A stretch of 64,000 nucleotides of DNA from an uncultured Alphaproteobacteria bacterium (GCA_902600225.1 CACKIH010000001.1:37370-101369), one strand, 5' to 3'. Counted from the first letter of the stretch, positions 42,665-55,808 are shown. Notes: a model not told the origin generated them from the sequence alone. Translations and numbers: made by a program.

Positions 42665-43855
42665 ATGGCTAAAGCAAAATTCGAAAGAAACAAACCGCAT
42701 TGTAACATAGGAACCGTTGGTCATGTTGACCATGGTAAAACAACATTAACCGCTGCTATAACAAAAATATTAGCAGAGACAGGTGGAGCAGAATTTACAG
42801 ATTATGCAAACATTGACAAAGCACCTGAAGAGAGAGAGCGTGGAATAACTATTTCAACTGCACACGTTGAATATGAAACTGAAGCAAGACACTATGCACA
42901 CGTTGACTGTCCTGGACACGCCGATTATGTAAAAAACATGATTACTGGTGCTGCTCAAATGGATGGAGGTATTTTAGTTGTTAATGCAGCTGACGGACCA
43001 ATGCCTCAAACAAGAGAACACATACTTTTAGCAAGACAGGTAGGCGTGCCTGCTCTTGTAGTATACATGAACAAAGTTGATCAAGTAGATGACAAAGAAT
43101 TAATTGATCTAGTTGAAATGGAAATTAGAGAACTTCTTACTTCATATGAATTCCCAGGTGATACTATCCCAATCATTAAGGGTTCAGCTTTAGCAGCTCT
43201 TGAAGGCAGAGATGATGAAATTGGAAAAAATTCAATTATGGAATTAATGAAAGCAGTTGATGAACATATACCACAACCTAGCCGACCTGTAGATCAGCCT
43301 TTCTTAATGCCAGTTGAGGATGTTTTTTCAATTTCTGGTAGAGGTACGGTTGTAACTGGAAGAATTGAACAAGGTCAAGTTAAAGTTGGAGAGGAAATCG
43401 AGATCCTAGGAATAAGAGAACCTCAAAAAACTACTTGTACTGGAGTTGAGATGTTTAGAAAACTTTTAGATTCTGGTGAAGCCGGAGATAACGTTGGTGT
43501 TCTTCTTCGTGGAACAAAAAGAGAAGAAGTTGAACGTGGTCAAGTGTTAGCAAAACCAGGCTCAATAAAACCACATACAAAATTTAAAGCTGAAGCATAT
43601 GTATTAAAAAAAGAAGAGGGTGGAAGACATACGCCATTTTTTTCAAACTACAGACCTCAATTCTACTTTAGAACAACTGACGTGACTGGAACAATTAAAT
43701 TACCAGAAGGAACAGAAATGGTAATGCCTGGTGATAATATTGCTATGGAAGTTACTCTTTTGTCACCAATTGCAATGGATAAAGGTTTAAAATTTGCAAT
43801 CAGAGAAGGTGGAAGAACAGTTGGTGCTGGAGTTGTTGCTGAAATTATTGAATAG
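42665..43855 (+). CDS. tuf: Elongation factor Tu
   Basis: [31 protein letters not shown]. Confidence 0.99.
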   Translation: MAKAKFERNKPHCNIGTVGHVDHGKTTLTAAITKILAETGGAEFTDYANIDKAPEERERGITISTAHVEYETEARHYAHVDCPGHADYVKNMITGAAQMDGGILVVNAADGPMPQTREHILLARQVGVPALVVYMNKVDQVDDKELIDLVEMEIRELLTSYEFPGDTIPIIKGSALAALEGRDDEIGKNSIMELMKAVDEHIPQPSRPVDQPFLMPVEDVFSISGRGTVVTGRIEQGQVKVGEEIEILGIREPQKTTCTGVEMFRKLLDSGEAGDNVGVLLRGTKREEVERGQVLAKPGSIKPHTKFKAEAYVLKKEEGGRHTPFFSNYRPQFYFRTTDVTGTIKLPEGTEMVMPGDNIAMEVTLLSPIAMDKGLKFAIREGGRTVGAGVVAEIIE

Positions 43856-43892
43856 TTTTAGGGACCACTCTATCAGTTAGCTATTACTTATT

Positions 43893-43968
43893 AGGAGTGT
43901 AGCTCAACTGGTAGAGCACCGGTCTCCAAAACCGGGGGCTGCGGGTTCAAGTCCTGCCACTCCTGCCA
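43893..43968 (+). tRNA. tRNA-Trp(CCA)
   Basis: AGGAGTG/CACTCCT acceptor, CCGGT-CTCCAAA-ACCGG, CCA. Confidence 0.97.
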
Positions 43969-43982
43969 AGAGAAATGAAAAT

Positions 43983-44198
43983 ATGAATATTGAAAAAAAG
44001 AAAACATCACCAGCTCTTTTTGTAAGACAAGTTAGACAAGAATTACAAAAAGTAACCTGGCCTCAAAGGAGAGATACTTTTATTTCTTCTGCAATAGTCA
44101 TATTATTAATAATATTATTCTCGTTATTTTTTCTTTTAACCGATCAAATATGGTCTTTTTCAATAAGAAAAATAATTGAAATAGGTTCAGGTTTTTAA
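43983..44198 (+). CDS. secE: Preprotein translocase subunit SecE
   Basis: F.RQVRQEL.KVTWP plus one TM segment. Confidence 0.95.
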   Translation: MNIEKKKTSPALFVRQVRQELQKVTWPQRRDTFISSAIVILLIILFSLFFLLTDQIWSFSIRKIIEIGSGF

Positions 44199-44731
44199 TG
44201 AATAAAGCTAGATGGTACGTTCTTCATGCCTATTCAGGTTATGAAAAAAAAGTTGCTGACAGCATCCTAGACCAAGCAACAAAACTTGGAGTTAAAGAAC
44301 ATATCGAAGAAATATCTGTCCCAGTGCAAAATATTGTTGAAGTAAAAAGAGGTGTAAGGGTTAATACAGAAAGGAAAATATATCCCGGCTATATACTTAT
44401 TAAAATGAGCTTAAATGATGATACTTGGCATATTATCAAAACAACTCCTAAGTTAAGTGGTTTTTTAGGTAACAAAGGTAAGCCAGTTCCTATAAGTAAT
44501 GCTGAAGCAAAAAGAATATCTGAACAAGTTATTGATGGTGTGGAAAAATCTAGACCAGCGATAATGTATGATGTTGGAGAACAAGTAAAAGTAATTGATG
44601 GACCTTTTGCATCATTTAATGGAGAGGTCGAACAAATAGATGAAGATAAAGCAAGATTAAGAGTAGCTGTTTCAATTTTTGGAAGATCAACACCTGTTGA
44701 TTTAGAATATTCTCAGGTAGAAAAGGTATAA
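44198..44731 (+). CDS. nusG: Transcription termination/antitermination factor NusG
   Basis: WYVLHAYSGYEKKV, PGY, KOW DGPFASF.G, IFGR.TPV.L. Confidence 0.98.
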   Translation: MNKARWYVLHAYSGYEKKVADSILDQATKLGVKEHIEEISVPVQNIVEVKRGVRVNTERKIYPGYILIKMSLNDDTWHIIKTTPKLSGFLGNKGKPVPISNAEAKRISEQVIDGVEKSRPAIMYDVGEQVKVIDGPFASFNGEVEQIDEDKARLRVAVSIFGRSTPVDLEYSQVEKV

Positions 44732-44734
44732 ACT

Positions 44735-45163
44735 ATGGCTAAAGAAATTTTAGGTTTAATTAAATTACAAATTCCTGCTGGAGGAGCCAACCCTTCACCT
44801 CCTGTTGGTCCTGCCCTTGGACAAAGAGGATTGAATATAATGGATTTTTGTAAAGCATTTAATGATAAAACAAAAGATTTAGAAAAAGGTGCGCCAATTC
44901 CAGTTATTATAACAGCATACAAAGATAGAAGCTTTGATTTTACGACAAAATTACCACCAGTAAGTTTTTATCTTAAAAAAGCAGCAAAAATAAAAAAAGG
45001 AAACTCAACTCCTGGAAGATCATTAGTAGGTAAAGTCTCAATGCAGGATATTGAAAAAATTGCCAAAGAAAAAATGCAAGATTTAAATGCCATTGATCTA
45101 GATGGAGCAATGAACATGGTTAAAGGTTCTGCCGTTTCAATGGGTATGGAGGTAGTAGGTTAA
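44735..45163 (+). CDS. rplK: 50S ribosomal protein L11
   Basis: [23 protein letters not shown]. Confidence 0.98.
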   Translation: MAKEILGLIKLQIPAGGANPSPPVGPALGQRGLNIMDFCKAFNDKTKDLEKGAPIPVIITAYKDRSFDFTTKLPPVSFYLKKAAKIKKGNSTPGRSLVGKVSMQDIEKIAKEKMQDLNAIDLDGAMNMVKGSAVSMGMEVVG

Positions 45164-45852
45164 TGAAAATAACAAAAAATAGAAAACAAATGTTTAACAA
45201 TTTTGACACTACAAAGATTTACGAACCGCTAGAAGCCATTAAAATTTTAAAAGAAAAATCTTTCGTTAAGTTTAAAGAAACTATTGATATTTCAATTAAT
45301 CTAGGAATTGATAGTAATAAAACTGATCAAAATATTAAAGGTGTCGTAAATCTTCCAAATGGGACAGGAAAAACTGTAAAAGTAGCAGTAATTGCAAATG
45401 AGGACAAACAAAACGATGCAAAAAGTAATGGTGCAGACTTAGTAGGAAGTGATGACTTGATTGAAACAATTTCTAAATCAAAAATAGAATTTGATGTTTT
45501 AATTGCGACTCCAGATATGATGCCTAAATTAGGTAAAGTAGCAAAAATACTTGGTCCAAAAGGACTAATGCCAAACCCTAAGCTCGGTACTGTAACAAAT
45601 GAAATTTCTCAATCAGTAAAAGACGCTAAGTCAGGTCAAGTCAAATTCAAAAATGATAAATCTGGTATAGTTCATGCTGGTGTTGGCAAACTAGATTTTA
45701 GCGAAGAAAATTTGTTAGAAAATATTAAAACATTTTATTCTTCAGTTAGTAAAAGTAAACCTGATGCTGTTAAGGGTTCTTTTATAAAAAAGGTTACCAT
45801 AGCTTCAACTATGGGAGTTGGATTAAATATTAACCAAGCTAGCTTGCGTTAA
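45163..45852 (+). CDS. rplA: 50S ribosomal protein L1
   Basis: LP.GTGK, LGPKGLMPNPK.GTV, STMG.G. Confidence 0.98.
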   Translation: MKITKNRKQMFNNFDTTKIYEPLEAIKILKEKSFVKFKETIDISINLGIDSNKTDQNIKGVVNLPNGTGKTVKVAVIANEDKQNDAKSNGADLVGSDDLIETISKSKIEFDVLIATPDMMPKLGKVAKILGPKGLMPNPKLGTVTNEISQSVKDAKSGQVKFKNDKSGIVHAGVGKLDFSEENLLENIKTFYSSVSKSKPDAVKGSFIKKVTIASTMGVGLNINQASLR

Positions 45853-45881
45853 TTAATCCAATCGATGATCTATGATCATCA

Positions 45882-45959
45882 CCTGTCAAAGACTGCAGGG
45901 GCATAAAGCTTAATTTCCTGCATAGACTGAAGCGAGTCATTGATTTGCTTCTTGACAGG
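45882..45959 (+). promoter_or_regulatory. L10 leader (ribosomal protein autoregulatory RNA)
   Basis: CCTGTCAA/TTGACAGG outer stem enclosing AAGACTGCAGG...CCTGCATAGAC, the typical L10-leader core, upstream of rplJ. Confidence 0.8.
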
Positions 45960-46035
45960 CTTTAAATTAGTTTGGTGGGCAAACTAATTTTAGCTAATAT
46001 TGGATCTTATGGGTCCAATTAAAACCGAGGTTGAC

Positions 46036-46557
46036 GTGAAACGTTCTGAAAAAAAAGATTTTGTAAGTAATCTCAAAGAAGACTTTTCAAATGCTACTTC
46101 TGTGATTGTGGCTGAATATTCTGGGCTAACAGTTAATGAAACAGAGCAATTAAGAAAAGAAATGAGAGATAATGGAGCAAAGTTTAAAGTAACTAAGAAC
46201 AGACTCACTAAACTTGCTATATCTGAAACTTCATTTAAAGATATTTCTGATCTTTTCAAAGGTCCAACAGCAATTGCTTATTCTGATGATGCAGTAGCAC
46301 CAGCAAAAGTAGCAGTTAGCTTTGAGAAAAAATTTGAAAATTTTAAAATTATTGGTGGAGGTTATAATGGAGAGAAAATTGATAAAGAAAAAATTGATTT
46401 TCTTGCAAAATTACCTTCTTTGGATGAGTTAAGAGGAAAAATAATAGGATTAATATCTGCACCAGCTCAAAAGATAGCTTCAATTACAATTGAACCTGGA
46501 GCACAAATTGCACGAATAATTAGTTCTAACAGTAGCAATAAACAAGAGTCGAACTAG
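46036..46557 (+). CDS. rplJ: 50S ribosomal protein L10
   Basis: GTG start with GAGG SD; Y.GLTV...LR, KN.L, GPTAIA, LPS.DELR. Confidence 0.96.
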   Translation: MKRSEKKDFVSNLKEDFSNATSVIVAEYSGLTVNETEQLRKEMRDNGAKFKVTKNRLTKLAISETSFKDISDLFKGPTAIAYSDDAVAPAKVAVSFEKKFENFKIIGGGYNGEKIDKEKIDFLAKLPSLDELRGKIIGLISAPAQKIASITIEPGAQIARIISSNSSNKQESN

Positions 46558-46574
46558 GTAATAAGGAGAAATAA

Positions 46575-46952
46575 ATGGCTGATTTAAATAAAATTGTAGA
46601 AGATCTCTCTTCTTTAACTGTACTTGAGGCAGCTGAATTAAGTAAACTACTTGAAGATAAATGGGGTGTATCCGCTGCTGCACCAGTAGCAGTAGCTGCA
46701 GCTCCAGCTGCAGGTAGTGGAGAAGCAGCAGCAGAAGAGAAGTCAGAATTTGATATTGAATTATCTGAATCTGGCTCCAACAAAATTGCTGTTATCAAAG
46801 AGGTTCGCACCATCACCGGACTTGGCTTAAAGGAAGCAAAAGATCTAGTTGAAGGTGCTCCAAAACCACTTAAACAAGGAGTTAAAAAAGAGGAAGCTGA
46901 AGAAATGAAAAAAGCATTAGAAGCAGCTGGCGCTAAAGTGACATTAAAATAA
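46575..46952 (+). CDS. rplL: 50S ribosomal protein L7/L12
   Basis: [32 protein letters not shown]. Confidence 0.98.
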   Translation: MADLNKIVEDLSSLTVLEAAELSKLLEDKWGVSAAAPVAVAAAPAAGSGEAAAEEKSEFDIELSESGSNKIAVIKEVRTITGLGLKEAKDLVEGAPKPLKQGVKKEEAEEMKKALEAAGAKVTLK

Positions 46953-46962
46953 AAAGTAAGAA

Positions 46963-46984
46963 GTAGGCCTTTATAAAGGCCTAC
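46963..46984. terminator. Perfect 22-bp palindrome/hairpin between rplL and rpoB (attenuator-like)
   Basis: GTAGGCCTTTATAAAGGCCTAC. Confidence 0.6.
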
Positions 46985-47010
46985 ATTATAAGTTTAATTA
47001 AAGGAGAAAA

Positions 47011-50000
47011 ATGAGTTTAGATCACATTAATTCAAAAAAAATAAGAAAATCTTTTGGTAAAATTCCTCTTGTTACTTCTTTACCAAATCTAGTAGAAGTA
47101 CAGAAAAGATCTTTCGACAATTTTTTACAATTAAGAACCGATCCTGAAAAAAGAGTCAACGCTGGTCTTCATTCAATTTTCAAATCAGTATTTCCAATTC
47201 ATGATTATACTGAGAGAGCATCTGTAGATTATGTTAGTTATAATCTTGGCGTGCCAAAATATGATGTTGAAGAATGCTCGCAAAGAGGGCTTACATATGC
47301 AACTCCATTACTTGTAAACTTCAGACTTATTATTTGGGATATAGATGAAATAGCAGGCACCAAATCTGTAAGAGATATTAAAGAACAAGAAGTCTATATG
47401 GGTGACATTCCACTTATGACTAAAAACGCTACATTTGTAGTAAATGGTACTGAAAGAGTAGTTGTTAGTCAAATGCACAGATCACCGGGCGTATTCTTTG
47501 ATCATGACTTTGGAAAAACACATACAAGCGGTAAATATCTTTTTAATGCAAGAATTATTCCTTATAGAGGCTCGTGGTTAGATTTTGAGCATGATGCAAA
47601 AAATAATATTCATGCAAGAATAGATAGAAAAAGAAAGTTTCCTGTAACTACTTTGTTTAAGTGTCTTTTAAGCGGTATGTCAGAAAAATACATTAAGGAA
47701 TGTGAAGATAATAAAATTGATCCTGATCCAAAAAGAATACTTGGTATGACAGGTGAGGAAATCCTATCAATTTTTTATGATAATACTAATTATAAAAAGA
47801 ATAATTACGGATGGTCTTTCAAAGAAGACCTCTCTTTTTTCAAAGCTAAGATCTTAAACTTTGACCTGTTAGATTCCAAAAATGGAAAAATAATTATTTC
47901 TAAAGGAACAAAAGTTAACCAAAAAATAATTAATGATTTAAAAAAGAAAAACATTTCTAATGTAACTATAAGTGAAGAATCATTAATTGGTTTCTTCATA
48001 TCTTCTGATATTATTGATGAAAAAACTGGTAAAATATATTTCGAAGCAGGATACGAAATTGATGAAATTTTTTTACAATTTCTAAATGATAAAAATATTA
48101 ATAAAATTGATATTCTTAAATCGGATAATATTGAAATTGGCTCATATATTAGAAATACTCTTCAAATAGATAAGGCAAGATCAAGAGAAGAAGCGCTTTT
48201 TGAAATTTTTAAAATATTGAGGCCGGGTGAACCTCCAACAATTGAAACTGCAGAAAACCTTTTCAATAATCTTTTCTTTAACTCAGATAGATATGATTTA
48301 TCTTCAGTCGGAAGATTAAAAATAAATGCTAAGTTTAAAAAGAGTACTGAAATTGAACAAAGAGTGATTGATAAAAGTGATATTTTAGATGTTGTGAAAC
48401 ATATGCATAATCTTATCGATGGGAAAGGTGAAATTGATGATATTGACCATTTGGCAAACCGTAGAGTACGTTCAGTTGGTGAGCTTTTAGAGAATCAATA
48501 TCGTATAGGATTGCTTAAAATGGATAGGGCAATAAAAGAGAGATTAAGTTCATTAGAGATTGATAATATAATGCCTCAGGATATTATTAATGCGAAACCT
48601 GTTGTTGCCTCAATAAAAGAATTCTTTGGACTTAGTCAACTCAGTCAATTTATGGACCAAACAAATCCATTAAGTGAAATTACACATAAACGCAGAGTAT
48701 CTGCACTTGGCCCTGGTGGTTTAAATAGGGAACGAGCTGGATTTGAAGTAAGAGATGTTCACCAAACTCATTATGGAAGAATTTGCCCTATTGAAACACC
48801 TGAAGGAGCAAACATAGGTTTAATTAATAGTTTAGCATCATATTCTAGAATTAATAAATATGGGTTCATAGAAACCCCATATAGAATTGTAAATGCTGGT
48901 AAAGTCACTGATAAAGTAATCTATCTTAGTGCAATAGATGAAGAGGATTTCGTGATAGCACAAGCAAATGCAGATGTTGATTCTAAGGGTAAATTTGCTA
49001 ACCAAATTGTTAGTTGTAGAAAGAATGGAGAATTTATTAATGTAGATGCTGACTCAATAGATTTAATGGATGTTTCTCCGCAACAATTGGTTTCTGTTGC
49101 TTCTTCTTTGATACCTTTCCTAGAAAACGACGATGCTAATAGAGCACTAATGGGTTCAAATATGATGAGACAAGCTGTTCCATTAATAAAACCTAAAGCT
49201 CCATTGGTTGGTACAGGAATGGAATATACAGTAGCTAATGATAGTGGATCAACTATTGTTGCAAAAAGAGAAGGAATAGTAGATCAACTTGACGCTAATA
49301 GAATAGTAATAAGAATAACTGACAAAAATGATAAGTCTTTAAATAAAATTGATATCTACAATTTATCTAAATTTCAGAGATCTAATCAAAACACCTGTAT
49401 TACGCAGCGTCCACTTGTAAATGTTGGCGATAAAGTTGTGAAAAATCAGGTAATTGCTGACGGTCCAGCAACGGATTTAGGTGAACTTGCACTTGGAAGA
49501 AACGTACTAGCAGCATTTATGCCATGGAATGGTTATAATTTTGAAGATTCAATTTTAATATCAGAGAAGGTTGTTCAAGATGATGTATTTACATCTATTC
49601 ATGTTGAGGAGTTTGAAGTAATGTCAAGGGATACAAAATTAGGTCCCGAGGAAATAACTAGAGATATTCCAAATGCAAGTGAGGAGATGCTTATAAATCT
49701 TGATGAAACAGGCATCGTTTATGTGGGAGCTGAAGTTAACTCCGGAGACATATTAGTTGGTAAAGTTACTCCAAAGGGTGAGTCTCCTATGACTCCTGAA
49801 GAAAAATTACTTAGAGCAATATTTGGTGAAAAAGCTGCTGATGTAAAAGATACCAGTTTAAGAGTTCCTCCAGGAGTTAAAGGAACAGTAGTCGAAATAA
49901 GAGTATTTTCTAGAAGAGGCATAGATAAGGATGAAAGAGCAATAAGTATTGAGAATAATCAAATTGAAAAAATTGCTCGTGATAGAGATGACGAGTTAAA

Positions 50001-51216
50001 GATTTTAGAAAAAAGTTTTGGAAATCACCTAAGAGAATTACTTAATAATCAAACTTATATATCTGGATTTGATACCTTCAAAAAAAATACTCAATTAAAA
50101 TATGAGCAACTAGAAAGTTTAAGTCTAAACGAACTTTTGAAAATAAATATATTAGATGAGAAAAAAAATAACCAAATAGAATTATTAGTAAAAAATTATG
50201 AAAATCAACTTGGCAATATAAATCAAAAATTTGAAAATAAAATTGATAAGATTCAAAGTGGTGATGAATTACTTCCTGGAGTATTAAAACTAATTAAAGT
50301 TTTTATTTCAGTTAAACGTAAACTTCAACCAGGTGATAAAATGGCAGGAAGACATGGAAACAAAGGAGTAATTTCGAAAATATGTCCTGTTGAAGATATG
50401 CCTTATCTTGAGGATGGAACGCCTGTTGACATTGTCTTAAATCCATTAGGAGTACCAAGTAGAATGAATATTGGTCAAATTTTAGAAACTCACCTTGGGT
50501 GGGCTTCTGCATCATTAGGTAAACAAGTTAAAGAAATGTTAGAAAAAATTCAATCTGAAGGTCAAACTGATAATTTAAGAAATAAACTGCTAGAAATTTA
50601 CGAATATGAAAACCATCAAAAAATTATTAAAAAGATGAATGATGATGAAATTTTAGAGTTAGGAAATAATCTAAAAGATGGTATTCCTTTTGCTACTCCA
50701 GTATTTGATGGAGCTAAAGAAAAGGATATTACTAATTTATTATCCATATCAGGTGTGTCAGGCACTGGTCAGGAAATCTTATATGATGGCATTACTGGTC
50801 AAAAATTTGAAAGACCTGTAACTGTTGGCTATATGTATATGTTAAAATTACATCATCTAGTTGACGAAAAAATTCACGCTAGATCTATAGGGCCATATAG
50901 CTTAGTTACTCAACAACCCCTTGGTGGTAAGGCTCAATTTGGTGGCCAAAGATTTGGTGAAATGGAAGTATGGGCATTAGAGGCTTATGGTGCTGCGTAC
51001 ACATTACAGGAAATTTTAACTATTAAATCAGATGATGTTGCAGGAAGAACTAAAGTTTACGAATCAATTGTTAAGGGGGATAATAATTTTGAATCTGGAA
51101 CTCCAGAATCCTTTAATGTTATGGTAAAAGAGTTGAGATCTCTTGGTTTAAATTTAGAATTCAAAGAAAACTTAAAAGAAAATAATCTAACTAACCTAAT
51201 AGGAACAAATGAATAA
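47011..51216 (+). CDS. rpoB: RNA polymerase beta subunit
   Basis: [39 protein letters not shown]. Confidence 0.99.
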   Translation: MSLDHINSKKIRKSFGKIPLVTSLPNLVEVQKRSFDNFLQLRTDPEKRVNAGLHSIFKSVFPIHDYTERASVDYVSYNLGVPKYDVEECSQRGLTYATPLLVNFRLIIWDIDEIAGTKSVRDIKEQEVYMGDIPLMTKNATFVVNGTERVVVSQMHRSPGVFFDHDFGKTHTSGKYLFNARIIPYRGSWLDFEHDAKNNIHARIDRKRKFPVTTLFKCLLSGMSEKYIKECEDNKIDPDPKRILGMTGEEILSIFYDNTNYKKNNYGWSFKEDLSFFKAKILNFDLLDSKNGKIIISKGTKVNQKIINDLKKKNISNVTISEESLIGFFISSDIIDEKTGKIYFEAGYEIDEIFLQFLNDKNINKIDILKSDNIEIGSYIRNTLQIDKARSREEALFEIFKILRPGEPPTIETAENLFNNLFFNSDRYDLSSVGRLKINAKFKKSTEIEQRVIDKSDILDVVKHMHNLIDGKGEIDDIDHLANRRVRSVGELLENQYRIGLLKMDRAIKERLSSLEIDNIMPQDIINAKPVVASIKEFFGLSQLSQFMDQTNPLSEITHKRRVSALGPGGLNRERAGFEVRDVHQTHYGRICPIETPEGANIGLINSLASYSRINKYGFIETPYRIVNAGKVTDKVIYLSAIDEEDFVIAQANADVDSKGKFANQIVSCRKNGEFINVDADSIDLMDVSPQQLVSVASSLIPFLENDDANRALMGSNMMRQAVPLIKPKAPLVGTGMEYTVANDSGSTIVAKREGIVDQLDANRIVIRITDKNDKSLNKIDIYNLSKFQRSNQNTCITQRPLVNVGDKVVKNQVIADGPATDLGELALGRNVLAAFMPWNGYNFEDSILISEKVVQDDVFTSIHVEEFEVMSRDTKLGPEEITRDIPNASEEMLINLDETGIVYVGAEVNSGDILVGKVTPKGESPMTPEEKLLRAIFGEKAADVKDTSLRVPPGVKGTVVEIRVFSRRGIDKDERAISIENNQIEKIARDRDDELKILEKSFGNHLRELLNNQTYISGFDTFKKNTQLKYEQLESLSLNELLKINILDEKKNNQIELLVKNYENQLGNINQKFENKIDKIQSGDELLPGVLKLIKVFISVKRKLQPGDKMAGRHGNKGVISKICPVEDMPYLEDGTPVDIVLNPLGVPSRMNIGQILETHLGWASASLGKQVKEMLEKIQSEGQTDNLRNKLLEIYEYENHQKIIKKMNDDEILELGNNLKDGIPFATPVFDGAKEKDITNLLSISGVSGTGQEILYDGITGQKFERPVTVGYMYMLKLHHLVDEKIHARSIGPYSLVTQQPLGGKAQFGGQRFGEMEVWALEAYGAAYTLQEILTIKSDDVAGRTKVYESIVKGDNNFESGTPESFNVMVKELRSLGLNLEFKENLKENNLTNLIGTNE

Positions 51217-54200
51217 AGAACTTACAAATATTTTTAATCAGAATCAAGGCGTCCAAAATTTTAACAATCTTAAAATATCAATAGCTAGTCCAGATGATAT
51301 TAGATCATGGTCATTCGGTGAAATTAAAAAACCTGAAACAATTAATTACAGAACATTTAAACCTGAAAAAGATGGTTTATTTTGCTCTAGGATATTTGGA
51401 CCAGTAAAAGACTACGAGTGTTTATGTGGTAAATATAAACGAATGAAGTTTAGAGGAATAATTTGTGAAAAATGTGGAGTTGAAGTTACATTATCAAAAG
51501 TAAGAAGAGATAGAATGGGTCATATAGAATTGGCCGCTCCAGTATCTCATATTTGGTTCATGAAGTCTTTACCGAGTAGAATAGCTACACTCTTGGATAT
51601 GACAATAAAAAATCTTGAAAAAGTTCTCTATTTTGAACAGTTTATTGTTGTTGAGCCAGGTCTAACAAATTTAAATAAAGGAGAAATAATTTCAGAAGAA
51701 CAATACATTGACTATCAAGATGAATATGGTGAAGACTCATTTAGTGCCGCAATTGGAGCTGAAGCTATAGAACAAATGCTACTAAGTATTGACCTAGAAG
51801 CTGATTACAACCAATTAAAAATTGATCTTACTGAAACCAAATCAGAACTGAAAAAAACTAAAATTACTAAAAGATTAAAACTCATAGAGTCATTTATTCT
51901 TTCAAAAAACAAACCAGAATGGATGATCATGAGAGTTTTACCAGTAATTCCACCTGAATTAAGACCATTAGTTCCACTTGATGGAGGTAGATTTGCAACT
52001 AGTGATTTAAACGATTTATATAGAAGGGTAATTAATAGAAATAACAGATTAAAAAGATTAATTGATTTAAGAGCTCCTGACATAATAATAAGGAATGAAA
52101 AAAGAATGCTTCAAGAGTCTGTTGACGCATTATTCGATAACGGAAGAAGAGGTAGAGTAATAACATCCACTAATAAAAGACCACTTAAATCATTGTCTGA
52201 TATGCTTAAGGGTAAACAAGGAAGATTTAGACAAAATTTATTAGGGAAAAGAGTTGATTATTCAGGAAGGTCTGTAATTGTTGTAGGTCCAAATCTCAAA
52301 CTTCATCAATGTGGTATTCCAAAAAAAATGGCTCTTGAGCTATTTAAGCCATTTATATTTCATAAACTTGATATTTACGGTTGGGCAAATACAATTAAAG
52401 CAGCAAAAAAACTTGTTGAAAAAGAAGATCCCAGAGTATGGGATATTCTGGAAGAAGTTATTAGAGAACATCCTGTTCTTTTAAATAGAGCGCCAACTTT
52501 ACATAGACTTGGTATTCAGGCTTTTGAACCAATTTTAATTGAAGGTAAATCAATCCAATTACACCCATTGGTGTGTACAGCTTTTAATGCTGACTTTGAT
52601 GGTGACCAAATGGCAGTTCATGTTCCTTTAAGTCTAGAAGCTCAGCTTGAAGCAAGAGTACTGATGATGAGTACAAATAACATTTTACATCCAGCAAGTG
52701 GCAAACCAATTATTGTTCCTTCTCAAGATATTATTTTAGGAATTTATTATTTATCTATAATGAGAGATAAACAAATAGGAGAAGGACGAAGTTTTATTGA
52801 TTTAAATGAAATATTAAAAGCTTTAGAAAATAATGACATTACACTTCATTCAAAGATCATAGCAAGAATAGAATCCTATGAAGGTAATTTATCTAAAGTT
52901 GAAACTACTCCTGGGAGAATGATACTAGGAAATATTCTACCTAAGAATAAAAATATAAACTTTGAAATTATAAATAAAGTTCTTACAAAAAAAGAAGTTA
53001 GTAACATAATTGATTCAGTTTATAGATTCTGCGGACAAAAAGAGACTGTCTTATTTGCCGATCATATCATGCAAATCGGATTTAAATATGCTGCAATAGC
53101 AGGTATTTCATTTGGTAAAGATGATCTTATTATTCCATCTGACAAAAATGATCTATTAAATACTACGCAATTAAAAGTTCAAGAATATGAAGACCAATAT
53201 CAAGATGGATTAATTACTCAAGGAGAAAAATATAATAAAGTAGTTGATGCTTGGTCAGAGTGTACCAATAGAGTTGCTGACAAAATGCTGGATGTAATTT
53301 CTAGTCCTTCTGATGATCAACCCATTAACTCTGTTTATATGATGGCACACTCAGGCGCCCGAGGATCTGCGGCCCAACTAAAACAATTATCAGGAATGAG
53401 AGGCTTAATGGCTAAACCTTCTGGTGAAATTATTGAGAATCCAATTAAATCAAATTTTAAAGAGGGTCTATCGGTTCTAGAGTATTTTACTTCTACTCAT
53501 GGAGCTCGTAAAGGTCTTGCAGATACAGCTCTTAAAACAGCAAGTAGTGGATACTTAACAAGAAGGTTGGTAGATGTAGCTCAAGATGCAGTTATTAGAG
53601 AATTAGATTGTAATACTAAAAAAGGTGTATTAGTTGAAGAAATAGTTGAATCAGGAAATATAACCTCACCTTTAACTGAAAGAATATTAGGCAGAACGCC
53701 AGTTGAAAATATTATTGATGAAAACCAAAATACCATTGTTAATTCAGGTGAAATTATCTCTGAAAAACATTTAGAATCTATATCAAAACTAGGATTGAGA
53801 TCTTTAAAAATTAGATCAGTGCTCACTTGTGAGACAGAAGATGGAATATGTTCAATTTGTTATGGTAGAGATTTAGCAAGAGGAACTCCTGTTAATATAG
53901 GTGAAGCTGTTGGTATTATAGCCGCACAATCAATTGGAGAACCTGGTACTCAATTAACTATGAGAACATTTCATATAGGTGGAGCTGCAAGTTCTTCCGT
54001 TGAGCAATCTAATGCAACTGCAGCAGTATCGGGAACTATTGCATTAGAGAATATTAAAATTATTGAAGATAAATTTAAAAACAAAATTGTTTTAAGTAGA
54101 AATGCAAAAATAAATATCATTAATGGAACTGATAAAAAATATTCATCTACTATACCTTTTGGCTCTAAGATACTGGTCGACAATGGTGATAATGTTGAAA

Positions 54201-55327
54201 ATAACCAACTATTAGCAGAATGGGATCCTTACACATTACCAATAATTGCTGAAAGAAATGGTTTTGTAAAGTATCTTGATTTGAAACAAGGAATTTCATT
54301 TAGAGAATCAATTGATGATACTACTGGTATTTCTAGTAAGATTGTTATTGATTGGAGTCAAAATCAAAAGAGTAAGAATTTTAAACCTGCCATTAACATA
54401 TTAGATAATTTATCAGATGATAATTTAGGTAAAGAAAATTTATCTAACTACCCAATGTCAATTGATTCTATCTTAAGTGTAGAAGATGGGCAAGAGGTCT
54501 ATGCCGGTCAAGTTATAGCAAGAATACCAAAAGAATCTTCTAAAACAAAAGATATCACAGGGGGTTTGCCAAGGGTTGCAGAATTGTTTGAAGCGAGAAA
54601 GCCAAAAGATCCTGCCATCATGTGTGAAATTGATGGTAAAATTTCATTTGGAAAAGATTATAAGAATAAAAGAAGAGTTATAATCACTTCTTTAGATGAA
54701 AAAGAATCTTTTGAAACCTTGATACCTAGGTCGAAATATTTAAATGTACAAGAAGATGATTTTGTTAAAAGAGGTGACATTCTTGTAGAAGGAACACCAG
54801 TACCTCATGATATTTTAAGAATCTTGGGTATTGAAGAATTAGCAAGATATCTTGTAAGAGAAGTCCAGTCTGTTTACAAACTTCAAGGTGTTTATATAAA
54901 TGATAAGCATATTGAAACAATTGCAAGACAAATGTTACAGAAAGTTCTTGTTAAAGACCCAGGTGACTCAAATTTGATAGAAGGTGAGCAAATTCAAAAA
55001 AGAGATGTACTAAAAATAAATAATAATTTGTCTAAAGAAAATAAAAAAGAGGTTCTTTATGAACCAGTTCTTCTTGGAATAACTAAAGCAAGCTTGCAAA
55101 CAAATTCTTTCATATCTGCAGCTTCATTTCAAGAAACTACTAAAGTGTTAACTGATGCAGCTACTCTTGGAAAAGTTGATACCCTAAATGGTCTCAAAGA
55201 AAATGTTATAGTTGGTAGGTTGATTCCAGCTGGTACAGGTAAAATGACATCAGATTATGAAAATATCGCTTTTGAAAGAGATCAGGAAATAATCTCCAAA
55301 AATGAGTCAAAAAACATAGAAAATTAG
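51209..55327 (+). CDS. rpoC: RNA polymerase beta' subunit
   Basis: Zinc finger [33 protein letters not shown]. Confidence 0.99.
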   Translation: MNKELTNIFNQNQGVQNFNNLKISIASPDDIRSWSFGEIKKPETINYRTFKPEKDGLFCSRIFGPVKDYECLCGKYKRMKFRGIICEKCGVEVTLSKVRRDRMGHIELAAPVSHIWFMKSLPSRIATLLDMTIKNLEKVLYFEQFIVVEPGLTNLNKGEIISEEQYIDYQDEYGEDSFSAAIGAEAIEQMLLSIDLEADYNQLKIDLTETKSELKKTKITKRLKLIESFILSKNKPEWMIMRVLPVIPPELRPLVPLDGGRFATSDLNDLYRRVINRNNRLKRLIDLRAPDIIIRNEKRMLQESVDALFDNGRRGRVITSTNKRPLKSLSDMLKGKQGRFRQNLLGKRVDYSGRSVIVVGPNLKLHQCGIPKKMALELFKPFIFHKLDIYGWANTIKAAKKLVEKEDPRVWDILEEVIREHPVLLNRAPTLHRLGIQAFEPILIEGKSIQLHPLVCTAFNADFDGDQMAVHVPLSLEAQLEARVLMMSTNNILHPASGKPIIVPSQDIILGIYYLSIMRDKQIGEGRSFIDLNEILKALENNDITLHSKIIARIESYEGNLSKVETTPGRMILGNILPKNKNINFEIINKVLTKKEVSNIIDSVYRFCGQKETVLFADHIMQIGFKYAAIAGISFGKDDLIIPSDKNDLLNTTQLKVQEYEDQYQDGLITQGEKYNKVVDAWSECTNRVADKMLDVISSPSDDQPINSVYMMAHSGARGSAAQLKQLSGMRGLMAKPSGEIIENPIKSNFKEGLSVLEYFTSTHGARKGLADTALKTASSGYLTRRLVDVAQDAVIRELDCNTKKGVLVEEIVESGNITSPLTERILGRTPVENIIDENQNTIVNSGEIISEKHLESISKLGLRSLKIRSVLTCETEDGICSICYGRDLARGTPVNIGEAVGIIAAQSIGEPGTQLTMRTFHIGGAASSSVEQSNATAAVSGTIALENIKIIEDKFKNKIVLSRNAKINIINGTDKKYSSTIPFGSKILVDNGDNVENNQLLAEWDPYTLPIIAERNGFVKYLDLKQGISFRESIDDTTGISSKIVIDWSQNQKSKNFKPAINILDNLSDDNLGKENLSNYPMSIDSILSVEDGQEVYAGQVIARIPKESSKTKDITGGLPRVAELFEARKPKDPAIMCEIDGKISFGKDYKNKRRVIITSLDEKESFETLIPRSKYLNVQEDDFVKRGDILVEGTPVPHDILRILGIEELARYLVREVQSVYKLQGVYINDKHIETIARQMLQKVLVKDPGDSNLIEGEQIQKRDVLKINNNLSKENKKEVLYEPVLLGITKASLQTNSFISAASFQETTKVLTDAATLGKVDTLNGLKENVIVGRLIPAGTGKMTSDYENIAFERDQEIISKNESKNIEN

Positions 55328-55347
55328 CAATTTTTAGTTATATCTGC

Positions 55348-55376
55348 TTGACTTTATTGTAATCAATTTATAAAGA
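55348..55376 (+). promoter_or_regulatory. Putative str-operon promoter
   Basis: TTGACT, 17 nt, TAAAGA. Confidence 0.5.
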
Positions 55377-55434
55377 CGCGTACGATTTGTTAAAGGTCGT
55401 GGAGTAAAATCCAAACGCTTAACTAAAGGATAAA

Positions 55435-55806
55435 ATGCCAACAATAAACCAACTTGTTAGAAAAGGTCGAACTACTGTTAAAAAGAGAAATAAGGTTCCC
55501 GCATTAGATAAAAGTCCGCAAAAAAGAGGTGTTTGTACAAGAGTTTATACAACAACTCCAAAAAAACCAAATTCGGCTCTCAGAAAAGTTGCTAGAGTAA
55601 AGCTAACTAATGGCCAAGAAGTTTCGGCATATATTCCTGGTGAAGGTCATAATTTACAAGAACATTCAGTTGTATTGATACGAGGTGGTAGAGTTAAAGA
55701 TTTACCAGGAGTCAGATACCATATACTAAGAGGTACACTGGATACACAGGGAGTTTCTTCAAGAAAACAAAGAAGATCACTCTATGGAGCTAAAAGACCA
55801 AAATAA
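55435..55806 (+). CDS. rpsL: 30S ribosomal protein S12
   Basis: [19 protein letters not shown]. Confidence 0.99.
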   Translation: MPTINQLVRKGRTTVKKRNKVPALDKSPQKRGVCTRVYTTTPKKPNSALRKVARVKLTNGQEVSAYIPGEGHNLQEHSVVLIRGGRVKDLPGVRYHILRGTLDTQGVSSRKQRRSLYGAKRPK

Positions 55807-55808
55807 AT

